DNA from: Vitrella brassicaformis CCMP3155
Lineage: Eukaryota > Protista > Chromerida
DNA length: 64,000 nt
Direction of reading: 5' to 3'
Assembly (NCBI GenBank): GCA_001179505.1
Contig: CDMY01000098.1
Location: 1 to 64,000 of the forward strand
Part shown: positions 25,338 through 38,390 of the stretch, one piece after another
Position numbering within the stretch: position 1 is the stretch's first letter
Layout: each line of letters begins with the position of its first letter
Program-made: the position numbers and the translations under genes
Notes under the pieces: model-generated
Database searches by the model: none
The model's input: only the letters and a program-made list of their open reading frames with translations
What the model was told of the DNA's origin: nothing

Positions 25338-26014
25338 GGAGGGAGAATCCACTGTGTGTGTCTGTGTCTGTGTGTGCAGGTGGTTGTGCTGTGCAATCTG
25401 AAGGCCAAGAACCTCAAGGGCTTCCCGTCACATGGCATGGTGAGCGTCTGTCTGTCGGCGGTGCTCCTCCCTCCCTGCTGTCTGCCGATGACAGACACCT
25501 GTTTGTGTGTGCGCGCGTGCAGGTCTTGTGTGCGTCGTCTGCCGACAAGAGCAACACAGAGCTGATCCGGCCGCCGCCAGAGGCAAAGGTGCGTCAGAGA
25601 GGATGGCCGACACACACACACACATCCTGCCCTCGTGTGTGTGTGTCTGTGTGTGTGTGCCTTGATCAGATCGGCGACCGCATTGCGTGGGAGGGCCTTG
25701 AAGGCGAGCCTGACGAGGTGGGTCATGCATGGCTGGACACACTCGCATGGCATGGATGCCATGTCGTGGCTACACACAGGTCCTGAATGACAAGAAGAAT
25801 CCCTTCAGCAAGGTGCAGCCCGACTTCCGCACCTCAACAGACAAAATCGCTCTCTACAAGGCACGTTGGACACAACCAATGCTATACACCACACCACACC
25901 ACACAGCGGTGTGGGCACATTCCATGTGTGTGTGTGCGCGCGCAGGACCATCGCTTCATGACGCCCTCGGGGCCTTGTTTCTGTGACAGCATTGTGGGCG
26001 GCACCATCAGCTGA
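23441..26014 (+). CDS. Arc1p/AIMP1(p43)-like aminoacyl-tRNA synthetase cofactor: GST-like N-domain plus OB-fold tRNA-binding domain
   Basis: GST-C-like AEIDQWLSF..LNGHLQTRTFMAANNVTLADL..NVTRWFDHIQHL; Lys-rich linker; tRBD LDVRVGQITKVWQHPEADKLYCEEIDIGEEKPRQIASGL..VVVLCNLKAKNLKGFPSHGMVLCAS..ELIRPP. About 14 exons, two of them followed by GC donors. Confidence 0.92.
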
Positions 26015-26382
26015 GCTCAGCTGAGCTGAGTGTGTGGGCGTGTGTGTGTGTTTGCGTGCGTGTAAGACCGACCGGCATCTGAACAAATCCTGTGTGCCTG
26101 CCTGCCTGCCTGAAATATGAGTGAGAGACGGACGGTGTGTCCTGTCCATTTCGCTGCGCTCGGAGCGAAGATGACTGATGATTATTGAGTGGACAGGACA
26201 CTCATCATTGTCCATCAGACAGACATGCTCGAGCCAACCAACTTGCAAGAGAGGCATACCCATTAAGCGCGCACACACACACACAGACAGACGCGCGGCA
26301 CCGCACAAAAACACTGCTCCCTGGTCTGTCCATTTCATTCATTCACCCATCAGACGCCCACTCCTGTTTGTATCAGATACAA

Positions 26383-27545
26383 TCAGTGCCGCCGCCCCCC
26401 ACTAGTGCCATTCAGCGCCGCGCTCTTGGCCCCCTCAGATTTCTCACGCTCCAGCCGCTCACGCCGCAGCAGCTCGATGCCGTTCAGCTTGGGGCCATCC
26501 TCCTCTGACTCGTCGTCCCACCGATGCTTCTTGACACGACCACGGTGAGAATGCCGAGACGACCCAACGCCCTCCCTCTCCCTCTCCCTCATCTCCTTTT
26601 TCACCCGTTTCCTCTCCTTTTTCCGCTCCTTCCTCTCCTTCTTATCCTTCTTGTGCCGCTTCCTGTCTCTGTCGCCGGCTTCGTCGCTGTCGCTGTCGCT
26701 GTTGCTGCTGCTGTGGCGCCTCTTGCCGTGGTGGGAGGGACGGGGTGGGGGCGGGGGTATACCAGATGGGTGCTGGAGGGGCTGCGGGTGGCTGGGGAGG
26801 CTCTCGAGGTGTTCGACGAACCGCTTGTGCGACGGGAGGGTCTGCAGGTACCACGGGAGGGACTCGCTCTTGAGGGCAGCGAACTCGGACACAGTCTGAG
26901 CGATGGGATGGGACGAACAGATGAAAAGAGACAATCAATCGTGATGATGTCACCGACGGTGGTTGGTGTCATCACAGTTAGTTGTCTTTATGTGCTGTGC
27001 GGGCGTACCCTACCTACCTGGTTGGTGTGTCCGACTTCCTTGAGATACTTGTGGTGTTTGGCCTCGGCCTTCTTCATCTCAATCTCCTCGTCCGCAAACA
27101 AGTTGATGTGCCCACCAGCACCACCAGCCGCCGTGCCCACAGCCTCGCCACCATCTACGGCATCAGCAGCAGAGGGAGCATCATCGTCGTACTGGATGGC
27201 CGGTCCAGCGATGGCGTCGTCGTCGGCTTCCTCGTCGGCGGCGTGCGAGGACCTTCCCCCTTTCAGCCTGCCTATCTTGCGCACGAACTCCTGCTGGTTC
27301 TTGTCGCGCTTTTTCTTGCGCTCCTTCTCCCTGTGGTCATCCTGATCCTTGGCGACCTTAGCCCTGATACACACGCAACAACAACAACAACAATGAACAC
27401 ACGCACACGAGAAAGGGGAATTGGATGTGTGTGTGTGATATGGCCTGTAGTGTGCGGTGCGGGCGTGGCCATCGTACTTGTTGTCGTCTCGGTAGAGGTG
27501 CCATCGCTTCTGTGGCAAGATGTTCAGGCCGCCGTGACCTCCCAT
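26383..27545 (-). CDS. LENG1-like / Cir_N-domain (splicing-associated) protein
   Basis: MGGHGGLNILPQKRWHLYRDDNK..KVAKDQ (Cir_N pattern), GHINLF, PWY and a Lys/Arg/Glu-rich tail; 3 exons. Confidence 0.8.
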
Positions 27546-27632
27546 CGTCAGTCAGTCAGCTATCAACCAATATTCAACACGCAAGGCGCGAAAAAAGGAC
27601 GCTAGCAGGTTGGAAAAAAAGAGGCAAACCAT

Positions 27633-27641
27633 TGCGAGCTT
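27633..27641 (+). promoter_or_regulatory. TGCGAGCTT motif in divergent promoter
   Basis: Exact 9-mer between the LENG1-like and TOG-protein start codons. Confidence 0.5.
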
Positions 27642-27919
27642 GGCTGTGAGCTCGCCATTTCTCGGAGGGATTCCGCGCCCCTTTTCGCGAGAGCACCACT
27701 TGATCATCAGCAAGGATACCCCAATCGAAATCCGACGTCAAAAATCAGAGAATCGGAAGGCAAGACCACAGGGGCTGAGCTTCCGGGCCTCTGTCTTTCG
27801 GGACGGTTGTCGACGGCAATTAACCCCCCGTACAGGTGCCAAAGGAGCCCCCCACCGGCCAGAAATAGCACCGGCTGGCAGGGCAGCCCCCCCATCCAAA
27901 CTGAGCGAGGCGGCACGGC

Positions 27920-30900
27920 ATGAACTACCTCCCCAAGCCATCGGTTGGCTACAGCCAAATCCACGGCCCCCCAGCGGCCACGGCACCCGCCCCGCCATCA
28001 CTGGCCCTCACGCAGCCCGCTGTAAGACCCACCCTCTCGCAGGGCGCTGGCGGACAGGCGCGGTCGCGGGTGGGTGCGGCTGCGGCTGCGGCTGGAGGAG
28101 GGCCTTTCGGCTTCGCCACCCTGCCATCTTCGTCGGCCTCTCCCTCCCTCTCTCCCTCCCCCTCCCAGGCAGAGGCTGCCGGAAGTGTCGTGCCCACACC
28201 GCGCTTCCTCCACCCCACACAATCGAGCTGCTCGTCGGCCTCGTCATCGTCACTCGGCGATGGTGGTGGTGGTGGTGGGCATCCTCCCTATGAGTTTCAG
28301 CTGTTCCCCGCCGACCTCATTCAGCAGCTGCGGGCGTCGCCTGCCAGCAGGGACAAGGCCATGGGTTCGCTGATCATGACGCTCAAGAGCCCTCGGTCGA
28401 TACGCGTCATGGCCAATGAGGCGCAGTGGGGCGCGGTGCATGGTGCGGGGTTCATGGAGCTGATCAACTATCTGCTGGTGCAGGAGGGGGCGGCGGGGGG
28501 GAAGCAGGCAGGGACAGGGGCAGGGGGAGGGGCTGGAGGTGGCCAGGCTGGTGGGAGCAACAACGCGTTGCAACTGATGACGAGCGTTGTGAGGATGCTG
28601 CGGGGGAGGAGGCCGGCTGCCAACCTCAGCCATAGCGCCGCGAGAGTGATCATCCCCAGGGTAGGTATGCTGGCTAGGCTAGGCTAGGCTAGGCTACGCT
28701 ATGCTGTGGTGTGGTGTGTGGGGGGTTGTGTTGGCGCCCAAAAAGATCTCTCTCTCCCTCTCTCTCCCTCTCTGTCTGTCTGTGTCTGTGTGGGTGTGGG
28801 TGTGGGTGGTCAGTTTCACCTGTTGTATCCCGGTCTGCTGCGTCAGTTCTCCGCCAACCTCTACATCAACCGCTCCTCAGCGCTCCAGTGCTTCTACCAC
28901 GCATTCATTCTACTCGTACGCTACGCGCCACACACTGACACAGCTCAACACCACGCCCGTCCGCAGTCTGCCCATTTTCTCTCCTGCCTGATTTCAGCCG
29001 TCGTTGGCTGTGTCTGTGTCAAGCAATGTGGCTGCGGCCGCCCCGCGAGAGCGCGACAGAGTGCTGCACGAGTGGGTGGGCATCGGTCAGACGCTCATCG
29101 AGGCCCTCACCACACACACCGACCACAAGCACTGGAACGTCAGATCAGAACTGGTACACACAACGCTCTCACACATACCCTATATCGCCCACACGGAGAG
29201 AAAGACAGCGCACTGACCACTCTCCCTCTCTCTCCCTCTCTCTCTCTGTGTGTGTGTGTGTGTGTGTGCCTGCAGTGCCAGGCCTTTTCAGTGATCCTGT
29301 TGGTGCTGCTAGGTCCCGGCCAGCGGTCTCTCAGCAGCAGCAGCCAGCCACCGACAGCAGCATCGGCAGGAGGGGGTGGGCCCGTCCGCCCCTCTGGCGA
29401 GCAGCAGGCGTGGTATTGCCATCAGCTGCTGCTCGCGTCGCGCGACAAGCTGCTCAAAGCCCTCACCAAACTGCTCATGGACCAAAAGGACAAGGCAAGC
29501 CACATCCTTACACCCTTTTCCGCCCTCCACCCTCCCTCCCCAATACCCATGTGTGTGCCTGTCTGTCTGTGTCTGCAGGTGGCCGCGTACGCCCTAGAGT
29601 CTGTGGCGATCCTTCGGCAGGCCTGGTATGCGTTGTCGGTGGCCCCCCCGCCATGCAGCCCGGCCGATGAGTGTTTCGAGCGCATTGTGGCCGTCATCAA
29701 GTCGTTATCTGCATCTCCGTCTTCACGGCCGTCACAGCAGCAGCACCAGCACCAGCAGCACCGTCGGCCGTCGAGCACACAGGACGGCAATGGCACTGGC
29801 AGTGGCGGTGGTGGCGGTAGTGTGGAGAGCCTGGGGCTGCCGATGGGGCTGCCCATCCCGATATTGCCCGTGGACGGTGCGAGTGACGGGCAGGGGCAGG
29901 AGGGCTTCCTTATCGAGTGCCTTAGAAAACGGTCGGCTCACTCACAGACACACCGACACGGATGCATGCAAACAGTGCTCTCGTGTGTTCGTTCGCCCAG
30001 GTTCGTATCTCCCTCTCTACCGATGCTGTCCGACCCCCTCTCTCTGGAGCAGCCCGCCGACTCGGCAGAGCTCCTGCCTCTGTTTGACGACAGCACCCAC
30101 CCGCAGCAGCAGCTCATCAGCTACTACGAGCACCCCGGGCAGCCCCCCGCATCCAACCCTTTTTTCTTCTCATGGTCGCCCGTAACGTCCTCCTCGTCGA
30201 GAGTGACCACTGCCGGCACGCAGCTGCCGTCACCCACACACACGGGCGGCTCGAGCTCCCGCGCGAGCATTGGGTTGGGCCTGCCACCGAGCAGCCGGCC
30301 GTCTGCAGGTCTGTCACATGTATCCCTCACGCTTTGTATCGATGCGTGGATGTCATCAGAGCTGGCGATGGGGAGCGAGGTGGCGGCTTTGCGATGGACC
30401 GATATCTACGGCTCCTTCGACGACGACTCGCCCGTCCCCGGTATCGGCATCGGCCAGAGAGGCAGCTACGCCAGCATTCACCTGAGCGGCCGGGACAGAG
30501 ACAGAGATGCTGACGAGATGTCCTCGGTGTGGAGCTCCGCCAGCCGCACCACCAGCCCCGACCGCAATATCAACATCGAGAGGGCGAGACGGCAGCGGCC
30601 GATCACCCAGGGAGCCGGGAAGGAGGACATCAATGGCGAGGGCGAGGGTGGGGCGCTCCCTCTGGCTCCGTCGGACATATCAAGCCAGCTGCGGCTGCTG
30701 CGCACCAGACGGGCGAGCGGCAATCGCAGTAGATCCGCGCAGGTAAGCCACTCGGCCGGCAATCGGAACGGCAGCTCGGCCAGCCTCACACTTATCGACA
30801 CCGACGGACCACCATCGGCCGCCCATCCATCGCTGGACTCACAGGCGGCATCGGGCGTCGAGTCGCCACCGGAGATCAACCTCATCTCAACCGCAAACAC

Positions 30901-33900
30901 CAGGTGAGCAGGAAGGCAGGGCAGGCTCACGTGTCTACGGAACCTCATAGACAGACACCATTGTGTTGCTCTTTGGTTGTTTGGCAGTCGCAGCGGCCGC
31001 AGCCCGGCGGGTCGCAGCCGTCGTGGCGCCCCGACGGCCACCGCCAGTGCCAGCCGTGGGGACATGTCGGCCAACTCGATCACCACCACCTGTCCGGGGC
31101 ACGAAGGCGACCTCTCGACCTCGCACCCCACCCCCTTTCCCACCACCCCCTATATGGCCCCCTCCCACTCCCCCACGGCCGCATGCGGCACCCCCACACC
31201 CATCAATGTCGAGCATGGCGGCGACGTGGCGGCCTTCCCTCATGTGCATGTGGGTGACGAAGCTCTCGACGCCAAGCTGTTCTCTGACGACTACCTGCAC
31301 AGCACAAGCGTCATGTCACCTGAGGGCTGCAGGAATAAGAGGGAGAGAGGCCCGCTACGGCCGAGGGGCAATGGCAATGGCAATGGTGGCGGGAATGCTG
31401 CCAACGGATTCAGCCTCGGTTTGGTCGGGACAGGCATGAGCTTCGCCTCGCAGGGGAGCGGTCTGAGCGGCATCTCGGCCTTCAGGCAAAACACGGGTGA
31501 CTCCCTCAGATCGGGCACACCAGACGTCCCCCCACAGCACGTCTCTTCATCAGCCCCCCTACCCCTCCCAGCCGACGGCAACACAGCCGCGGGCGGCCCT
31601 GGCCTGCCGCCCCTCCCCCCGTCGCACCGAAGACGGCAGCAACATCCACAATATCAGCCGCCGAGAGGCCCGCCATCCCGCGAGGCCGTCGCCGCCGCCC
31701 CGGCGGACGAGCTGATGGACGACGGCGCACAGAGGGACGTCTCGGCCCCTTCCACTAGCCAGTCCATGCGCACCAAGAGGGCAGAGATGCCCAAAAGGCC
31801 ACACCCATTGCCGAGGATGGGCTCGGACGAGAGTCAAGTGGAGGTTGGTGTGGGTGCGACGGGTGGTCACCACTACGGCGCCCCGCCGAGGCGGGCCAAC
31901 AGCAGCGACAGGCGAAGCGCCAACAGACGGGGCAGCAAGGGGGAGGACCCACAGTCGTCGGACCTCACCATGGCTGGTGTGGCCATCGGCTCACACAGCA
32001 GTGACGAGGCCGCCGATGTGGGCGTGGGTGTGGGTGTGGGGGGCGGTGGGCGACCCACACACACATCACGTGCAGCCAAGAGCCAGTCGCCCTCCTCAGA
32101 CCAACCCGCCGCCGCCCCTTCTCGCCGCAAAGGCGGTTCTGAGGAAGCTGAGGCCGACGGCGCACAGAGGGGCTTCCTTGCGCGCGGCTACAGCTTCGGT
32201 GAGAACAAGGAGGGAGCCAGCAGCAACAGCAGCAGCAACCAACCGGCAGCTGCGGCGTCGGCCCAGCACCAACAGCAGCCGACCAGGAGGAGGCTCGCCC
32301 AGCAGCAGCAGCAGCAGCAGCCTGCTCCGAGTGACAACTCGGATGTGTCAGCTGCTGCCGCCATGCCGGTGTCAGTTTCTGCGCCGACTGTGGGGGGAGC
32401 GAGTGTCCGTGGTGCGGCTGGTGGTGGTGGTGGTGGTGGCGGCGGTGGGCAGAAGCTGGCTGTCCGTGCGGCAGACGAGGAGGGGCCGCTCGGTGTGGGC
32501 CTGGCCTCTACCTCTGTCACAGATGTGGGCGTCAAGTACTGCTACCGTGACGACCTTCAAGTAAGAGAGCACGTCTGTCTGTCTGTGTGAGGGGATGGAT
32601 CGATGGATGGATCGATCGATGGATGGATGGATGTGTGGATGCAGCCGTTCCCGAGTTCGGTGGTGGTCAGCGAGCGGTACCTGCAAGAGCTGCTGGGGAG
32701 CAAGGGACTGCAGAGCAACAGCTGGGAGAAGCAGTTCAACGCCCTCAACAGCCTCAGGCGGGTGGCCAAGTTCCACCCCACCACCATTGTCACCTCCACA
32801 TCGCCAGCCACCACCAGCAGCATCAGCGGCGCCGCCACTGCTGCTTCGCCATCCCTTCACGCATTCGTCAAGCTGGTCGGTGCAGATGGGTCTGTGGGAT
32901 GGGAGTGAGGGTCAGTGTCATGTGTGTGTGTGTGTGTGTGTGTCTGGGTGGGGCGCGTGCGGTGCAGACAGTGCGTCTGGTGGACAACCTGCGGTCCTCT
33001 CTGGCCAAGAATGCGCTGATTTGTCTCAACGACCTCTTTGTCAGCTACCGAAAGCAGATGGTGGGTGGGGAGGGAGGGGACAGACAGATAGACAGACAGG
33101 AGAGACAGAAACCTGAGACACACGACATTTGCGTGTGTGTCTGTGTCTGCCATATGTAGGATCCCGAGTTGGAGACGTGTGTGCCGGTGTGCCTCAAGAA
33201 GGTCGGTTCCCATTTTCTCCCCTTGACGACACGAGATTGACAGACGAGACGAGCAGACGATTGCCTGTGTGTGTGCCTGTCCTGTGTCATGCTGTCCGTC
33301 ACGTCAGGCCGCGGACACCAACACCTTCATAGCCGAGGAGGCCGAGCGCACCCTCCGCTCTCTCTGCAGCAGCGCGTCAGAGGGCAAAACCATCTCACTC
33401 GTCGTCCACGCCATCTCCAACTCGTAAGCCGCCACCAAACCACACACACACCTCCATCCCACCTCACGCACACACATGGTGGATGGATGGATGAATGTAG
33501 GAAGCACCAGTTTCTGAAGCGCACTGGTGCCTTGTGTCTGGGTTTGCTGATCCGGCGGCTGGGCGGCCGGGTGGCCGGCATACGCGACATTGACAAACTC
33601 GTCAACGCACTCGGACAGGTCAGCAAAACACCACAGACGGGGACAGAGACAGAGACAGAGAGATCTCGGTTGTGTGTGGGTGTGTGGGTGTGTGGGTGTG
33701 TCATTATCAGCTGGGCAGCGAGGCGTCGCCTCACTGCCGCGAGATGGCGCGGGCAGCCATAATCACACTCGCCAGGTAAGCTAGTGAGCCGCCTGTATGT
33801 GCGTGTGTGGTGGGGTACGTGTCTGCCTGTGGTTTCTGTCTGCAGGAGCATGAAGCCCACCGATTTGGATCGGCTGCTTAAGCGACACCTCTCTGACAGG

Positions 33901-34044
33901 GACCTCAGCAAAGTAACCTTGGTCGCTCCGCACACCCCTCCCACCCACATCAGTAAGTGTATGGTATGCTCCGCTTCGTGTGTGCAGGTGAAGGTGATGA
34001 TAGAGAAGTCGGGCGATGTGGACGCCGATGCCATACTGGGGTAG
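27920..34044 (+). CDS. TOGARAM/crescerin(FAM179)/CLASP-like TOG-domain microtubule-binding protein
   Basis: N-terminal HEAT-like exons, a long disordered middle, and a C-terminal TOG: YCYRDDLQPF..LQSNSWEKQFNALNSLRRVAKFH..VRLVDNLRSSLAKNALICLNDLF..DPELETCVPVCLKKAADTNTFIAEEAERTL..SPHCREMAR. Stop at 34044. Confidence 0.85.
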
Positions 34045-35037
34045 ATTACTGGGGTAGATTAGATAGACAGACCGATGGATGGATGGATGGACGGACGGAC
34101 GGAGGGGATCAGTCAGTCGACAGAGGGAGCAAGAAATGCAATCCGGTGATCCATGCAGCCATGCAGCCAGCCACAGATAGTGGTGGTGGTGTCTGAGTCA
34201 ATTGAACATGTTAGGGGGTAATTCATGTGTGTGCGTCATTCGTCCGTCCGTTTGAGAGAGCCGGGGGGACCCGCCAGACACACAGACAGACAGACAGACA
34301 GACGCCTCTGCGTAGCGTATCGGTTTGCTCACTCAGATCACAGAGAGGGTGGAAGAGTGAGTGGAGGGGGTGGATGGATGGAGGGGGAGAGAGTGACCTG
34401 CCTGCCTGCCTGCCTCGCCGACAGTTTGTTGCCAAACGAATCTCGAGTCTACCTGCGCTTGCTCAGCTGTGTGTGTGTGTGTGTGTGTGCTCGCGTGCAT
34501 GCTTGCTCGTGTGTCTCTCTCTCCATTGTGGCCTATTTGTGGATGGATCTCTATCTCTCTCTCGTCCTCCGTCCGTGTGCGAGCGACATTTTGGCTTGGC
34601 TTGGCTTGCTGGCTTCGCTTGTGTTTGTTGTGCGGTCTGTCTAATTCAGTGTGTGGCTCGCTACGCTACGCTGTGCACACAACACACACTCAGATCGATT
34701 TATTCATTCACTCATTGGATGGATGGATGGATGGACGGACGAGCAAGTGAAGTGGCTGGCAGACACCCACCACACACACACACACACACATGGAATGCAG
34801 CCAAGTCAGTCCGGATGCACGTGTGTGTCCCGTTGGCCCAAATACACAGCTGCACCGCACCCCACCCACTCCTACACCAACAACCGACGTCTACGTGCAG
34901 CCAACGATCGAAAAAGTCCGCTTGAGCGACTGGCCTCCACTCCCCCGGCTGGCTACCTACTGCCCTGCCAGTGCGTGGCTCAGCTCTCTGCTGTGTTTGC
35001 GATGCTGATGTGTCAGTCAGGTCAGTGAGTGGCTCAT

Positions 35038-36049
35038 TCAGAGCGGCAGTGGCGTGTTTGTGTTCCACCTGCAGACGGCCCGCTTTGCCGCCCCGAGGCA
35101 CATGCCGCCCAGCAGCCCCAGGAACCGCTGACCGCCCGGCACATTCGACAGCAACAATGCTGCAGTGCACAAACAGACAGAAACCACACACACAAACACA
35201 GAAGGAATGACACACGCGCCAGCTGTGTGTTGTGCATAGCATATTGTGGGTGGGTGGCTGGCTGACCAGCGAGGCAGATGCACTGCGTGACCGAGAAGAC
35301 CAGGGCGAAGAGGTAGGACTTGTGGACCATGGAGGCCCAGAAGGTCAGCAACAGGGACAGGCCGTAGGTGAGCGAGAAGGGCAGCCGCTTGTACGCCACG
35401 GCGGCCTCCCAGAAGGCTTTGGGGCCTCTGAGGAAACAAAGCGACGCCAGGCAGCACAGCGACCCCACAGTGAACGGCACCGCAAACTTCTGAGGCATTA
35501 TCACCATCCTGAACGAACGAACGAACGAACACACAAATCAATCAAGACACACACATGAGCTGGTTCCACCCCTCCCTCTCTGCTCTGTGCGCCACACGTG
35601 CGTCATGCGCTTAGCGCTTACACAGGTAGGAAAAAGAAGGCGAGTGCCATGAAAAATATTCCCAGAGCGGCGGATATCCCGAAGTAGATGAGCCTGTCCG
35701 TCGAGATCATGTTGTCCGATACCTTCTGCTGCGCCCCGCTGACGACACTTCTTGCCGACGTGGCGACGCTCTTGGCGCCGCTGGCCATACTGCCGATGCC
35801 CTTCTGCGCCAGGCCGATGAGGCCCTGTGACTCGCCGATGTCATCGGTTGTCACGGGAAGGCCTGTGGCGCCCTGCCGAGTGGGCAGCTTGATGTGTTTG
35901 CCGATGTAGCCCATCATGGTGTTGCTCGTGGACTCGCCGGCGGCTGTCTGATTGGGTGCGGCGGTGTGTGCGGATGGGGAGGCGGCTTTGGGGTTGATGA
36001 AGTTGAGGTTGGACGCGAAATCGTTGAACGCCCTGCTCCCTGACGACAT
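35038..36049 (-). CDS. SFT2: SFT2/Got1-family vesicle transport protein (4 TM)
   Basis: DRLIYFGISAALGIFFMALAFFFLP..MPQKFAVPFTVGSLCCLASLCFLRGPKAFW..RLPFSLTYGLSLLLTFWASMVHKSYLFALVFSVTQ..SNVPGG matches the Got1/Sft2 consensus. Confidence 0.9.
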
Positions 36050-36116
36050 AGCAACTCCCACACAACGCGCGAAGCTGCTCTTTCGAACCAGCGAAGATAG
36101 AGCTATTTCACGGAGC

Positions 36117-36125
36117 TGCGAGCTT
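36117..36125 (+). promoter_or_regulatory. TGCGAGCTT motif in divergent promoter
   Basis: Exact 9-mer in the ~260-bp SFT2/sestrin intergenic region. Confidence 0.5.
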
Positions 36126-36311
36126 AGCCTTGGAATTCGAGCAATCAGAAGCGCCCTGTTCGTTGCTTCCCTCCCTGCTGGCGCTGTCAGTCCATCTAAC
36201 AGGAGAAGTCCCTTTCTTGGTACGGGCGTGTGTGTCGTTGTTCCTTAATTAGCAGCAGAGAGGATATGATGCTGGCGTTCCTACTGGGGTAGATATCTAG
36301 ATGGGATCAGT

Positions 36312-37944
36312 ATGGCTGTCAAGGAGGGAATGAGTGTGTGCGACCCTGAGCCGGAAGATCTGCTCATCGTACGGACTAACATCTCCATCATCGAGAAATT
36401 CCTCATCGGCGATGAAGACGCCAGGAAGTAAGACGCACACAAACACACACAGACAGGCAGGCAGGCCGTTCTGTGGGTGTAATGATGTCACGAGCACACA
36501 GCAGCCACCCTCACACACATCCACATTGGCTGGGACATGTTGAGGGCGTCCGTCGTGCCACACGCCTGATTTATTGTCTGTCTGTCTGTCTGTCAGAACG
36601 TCTGTGGACCACTTCATCGCCCGTCTGAAGGAGACCGCCGTGCGGTCATCGGTCGAGAGCTCAGAGCGCCGGCTCTTCTGCCACTACTACTGCGTCCTGC
36701 ACAGGCTGGCGAGAAGATGCCCCTTCAAGGACATGGCCGAGCGGCTCTCGTATGAGCGGATGCGGCTGCAGGCAAACATACACACACACGCCTCTCGGTG
36801 GTGTGTAGTGTGTCAATCGCGTGTGTGTGTCTGTCTGTGTGTCTGTCTTGGTTTGGGCGTGTTGCAGAGTTATAGTTTGCCGCAGATCGATGACAGGCCG
36901 TCACGGTGAGCAAACAGAGAGAGAGAGAGGGATGGATGGATGGATGGATGGCTGGATGGAGGGAGGGAGGGATGGCCGTGTGGTGGTGTGTGTGTGGATG
37001 GCCTGCAGGTTTCTGGAGGCCGACGAGTTTCCCAGCGTCGACCTGTGAGCGCTAGCGCTGCCCTCGCACATCACACAGATTCGCACGACACAGACGCTGT
37101 CTGTGTGTGTTCTACAACACACCCAGGACCACCCCGCTATGGCGAGAGATCTTCACCACCAACAGCGGCCGGCTGTCTTACCTCCACCTCTCGCTGGCCT
37201 TCGACAATGGCTACCTCGAGCGATACTTCAACACTCTCAAAGTGGGTGGGCAGACAGACAAACGAACGAACGGACCACACACACACACACACGCACACAC
37301 ACCCATGTGTCTGTCTTTCCGTCCGTCAGTTCATAATGCACTCGTCCGAGGGCCCTCTACCGAAGCCATGGAGGAACTTCATCGCCATCATGGTAAGAAG
37401 TACACAGACAGATCTAAGTGTGTGCTCAGATCTCTCACCACACACACACAGCCAGACACAGACACAGACACACACCCCCGCTGTGTGTCGTTGGTTGACT
37501 GACTGGCTGATGTGGTGTGGTGTGGTGGGTGCAGGCGGCCTCTCGGCACCAATGTGACTACCTCGTTCGCTTCCAGCAGGAGCTCTTCCTGATCAATGGC
37601 GGAGGTCAGTCAGTCCCTCACCCCCCCACGCACCCCACCCCCACCCCCCCCCACACACACACGCACTCTGATCTCTGTCTGTCGAGTGAGAATGGCTGGA
37701 ATGGATTGGATTGGATTGATGTGGTTCCTTCGTTCGTGTGTTGCAATGCTTGGCTTGCAGACATAGGATGGCTGCGCAGTCCCCAGTCGTGTGCGCCGCC
37801 GAAGCTGCTGTCGCTGCAGCGCCTCAACTGCATGATGGCACACACGCCCTGGACCGTGCAAGTCGATACAATACGGGTGGGTGCACATGAGGAGGGAGGG
37901 GGGGAGGGGCACACACGCAATCCCTCTCTCCCCCCCCCATCGCC

Positions 37945-37977
<33 letters not shown>

Positions 37978-38359
37978 TAGGAGCTGAAGGAGGGCGAGAA
38001 GCCCTGGTCGGTCGCCGAGCTCGCGCAGGCCATCGTCATACTCAGGCAAGCCGCCACTCCCACTCCCACCCCGAGCACCTCCAAGGCCCACACACAGATG
38101 GAACCTCTCACATGTGACTGACCATCGGCTCTCCCACCCCTGCAGCACCTTCCACACCCTCTGTGGCGTCGTCTACGGCCTAGGCCTGCGTTGCGAGGAG
38201 GACATGGGCGACCAGTGGGTGGTGAGCGAGCCGCCCCCCGAGACCTCGCTGCCCGAGTGCTTCGAGGGCGAGACCGGGCAGCGGGTCATAGCGCTGCTGC
38301 AGAAGTACAAGCCCGACGCCGACTGGGATGAGCTTGAGGGCGGCGCTATGGAAGGTCCG

Positions 38360-38390
<31 letters not shown>

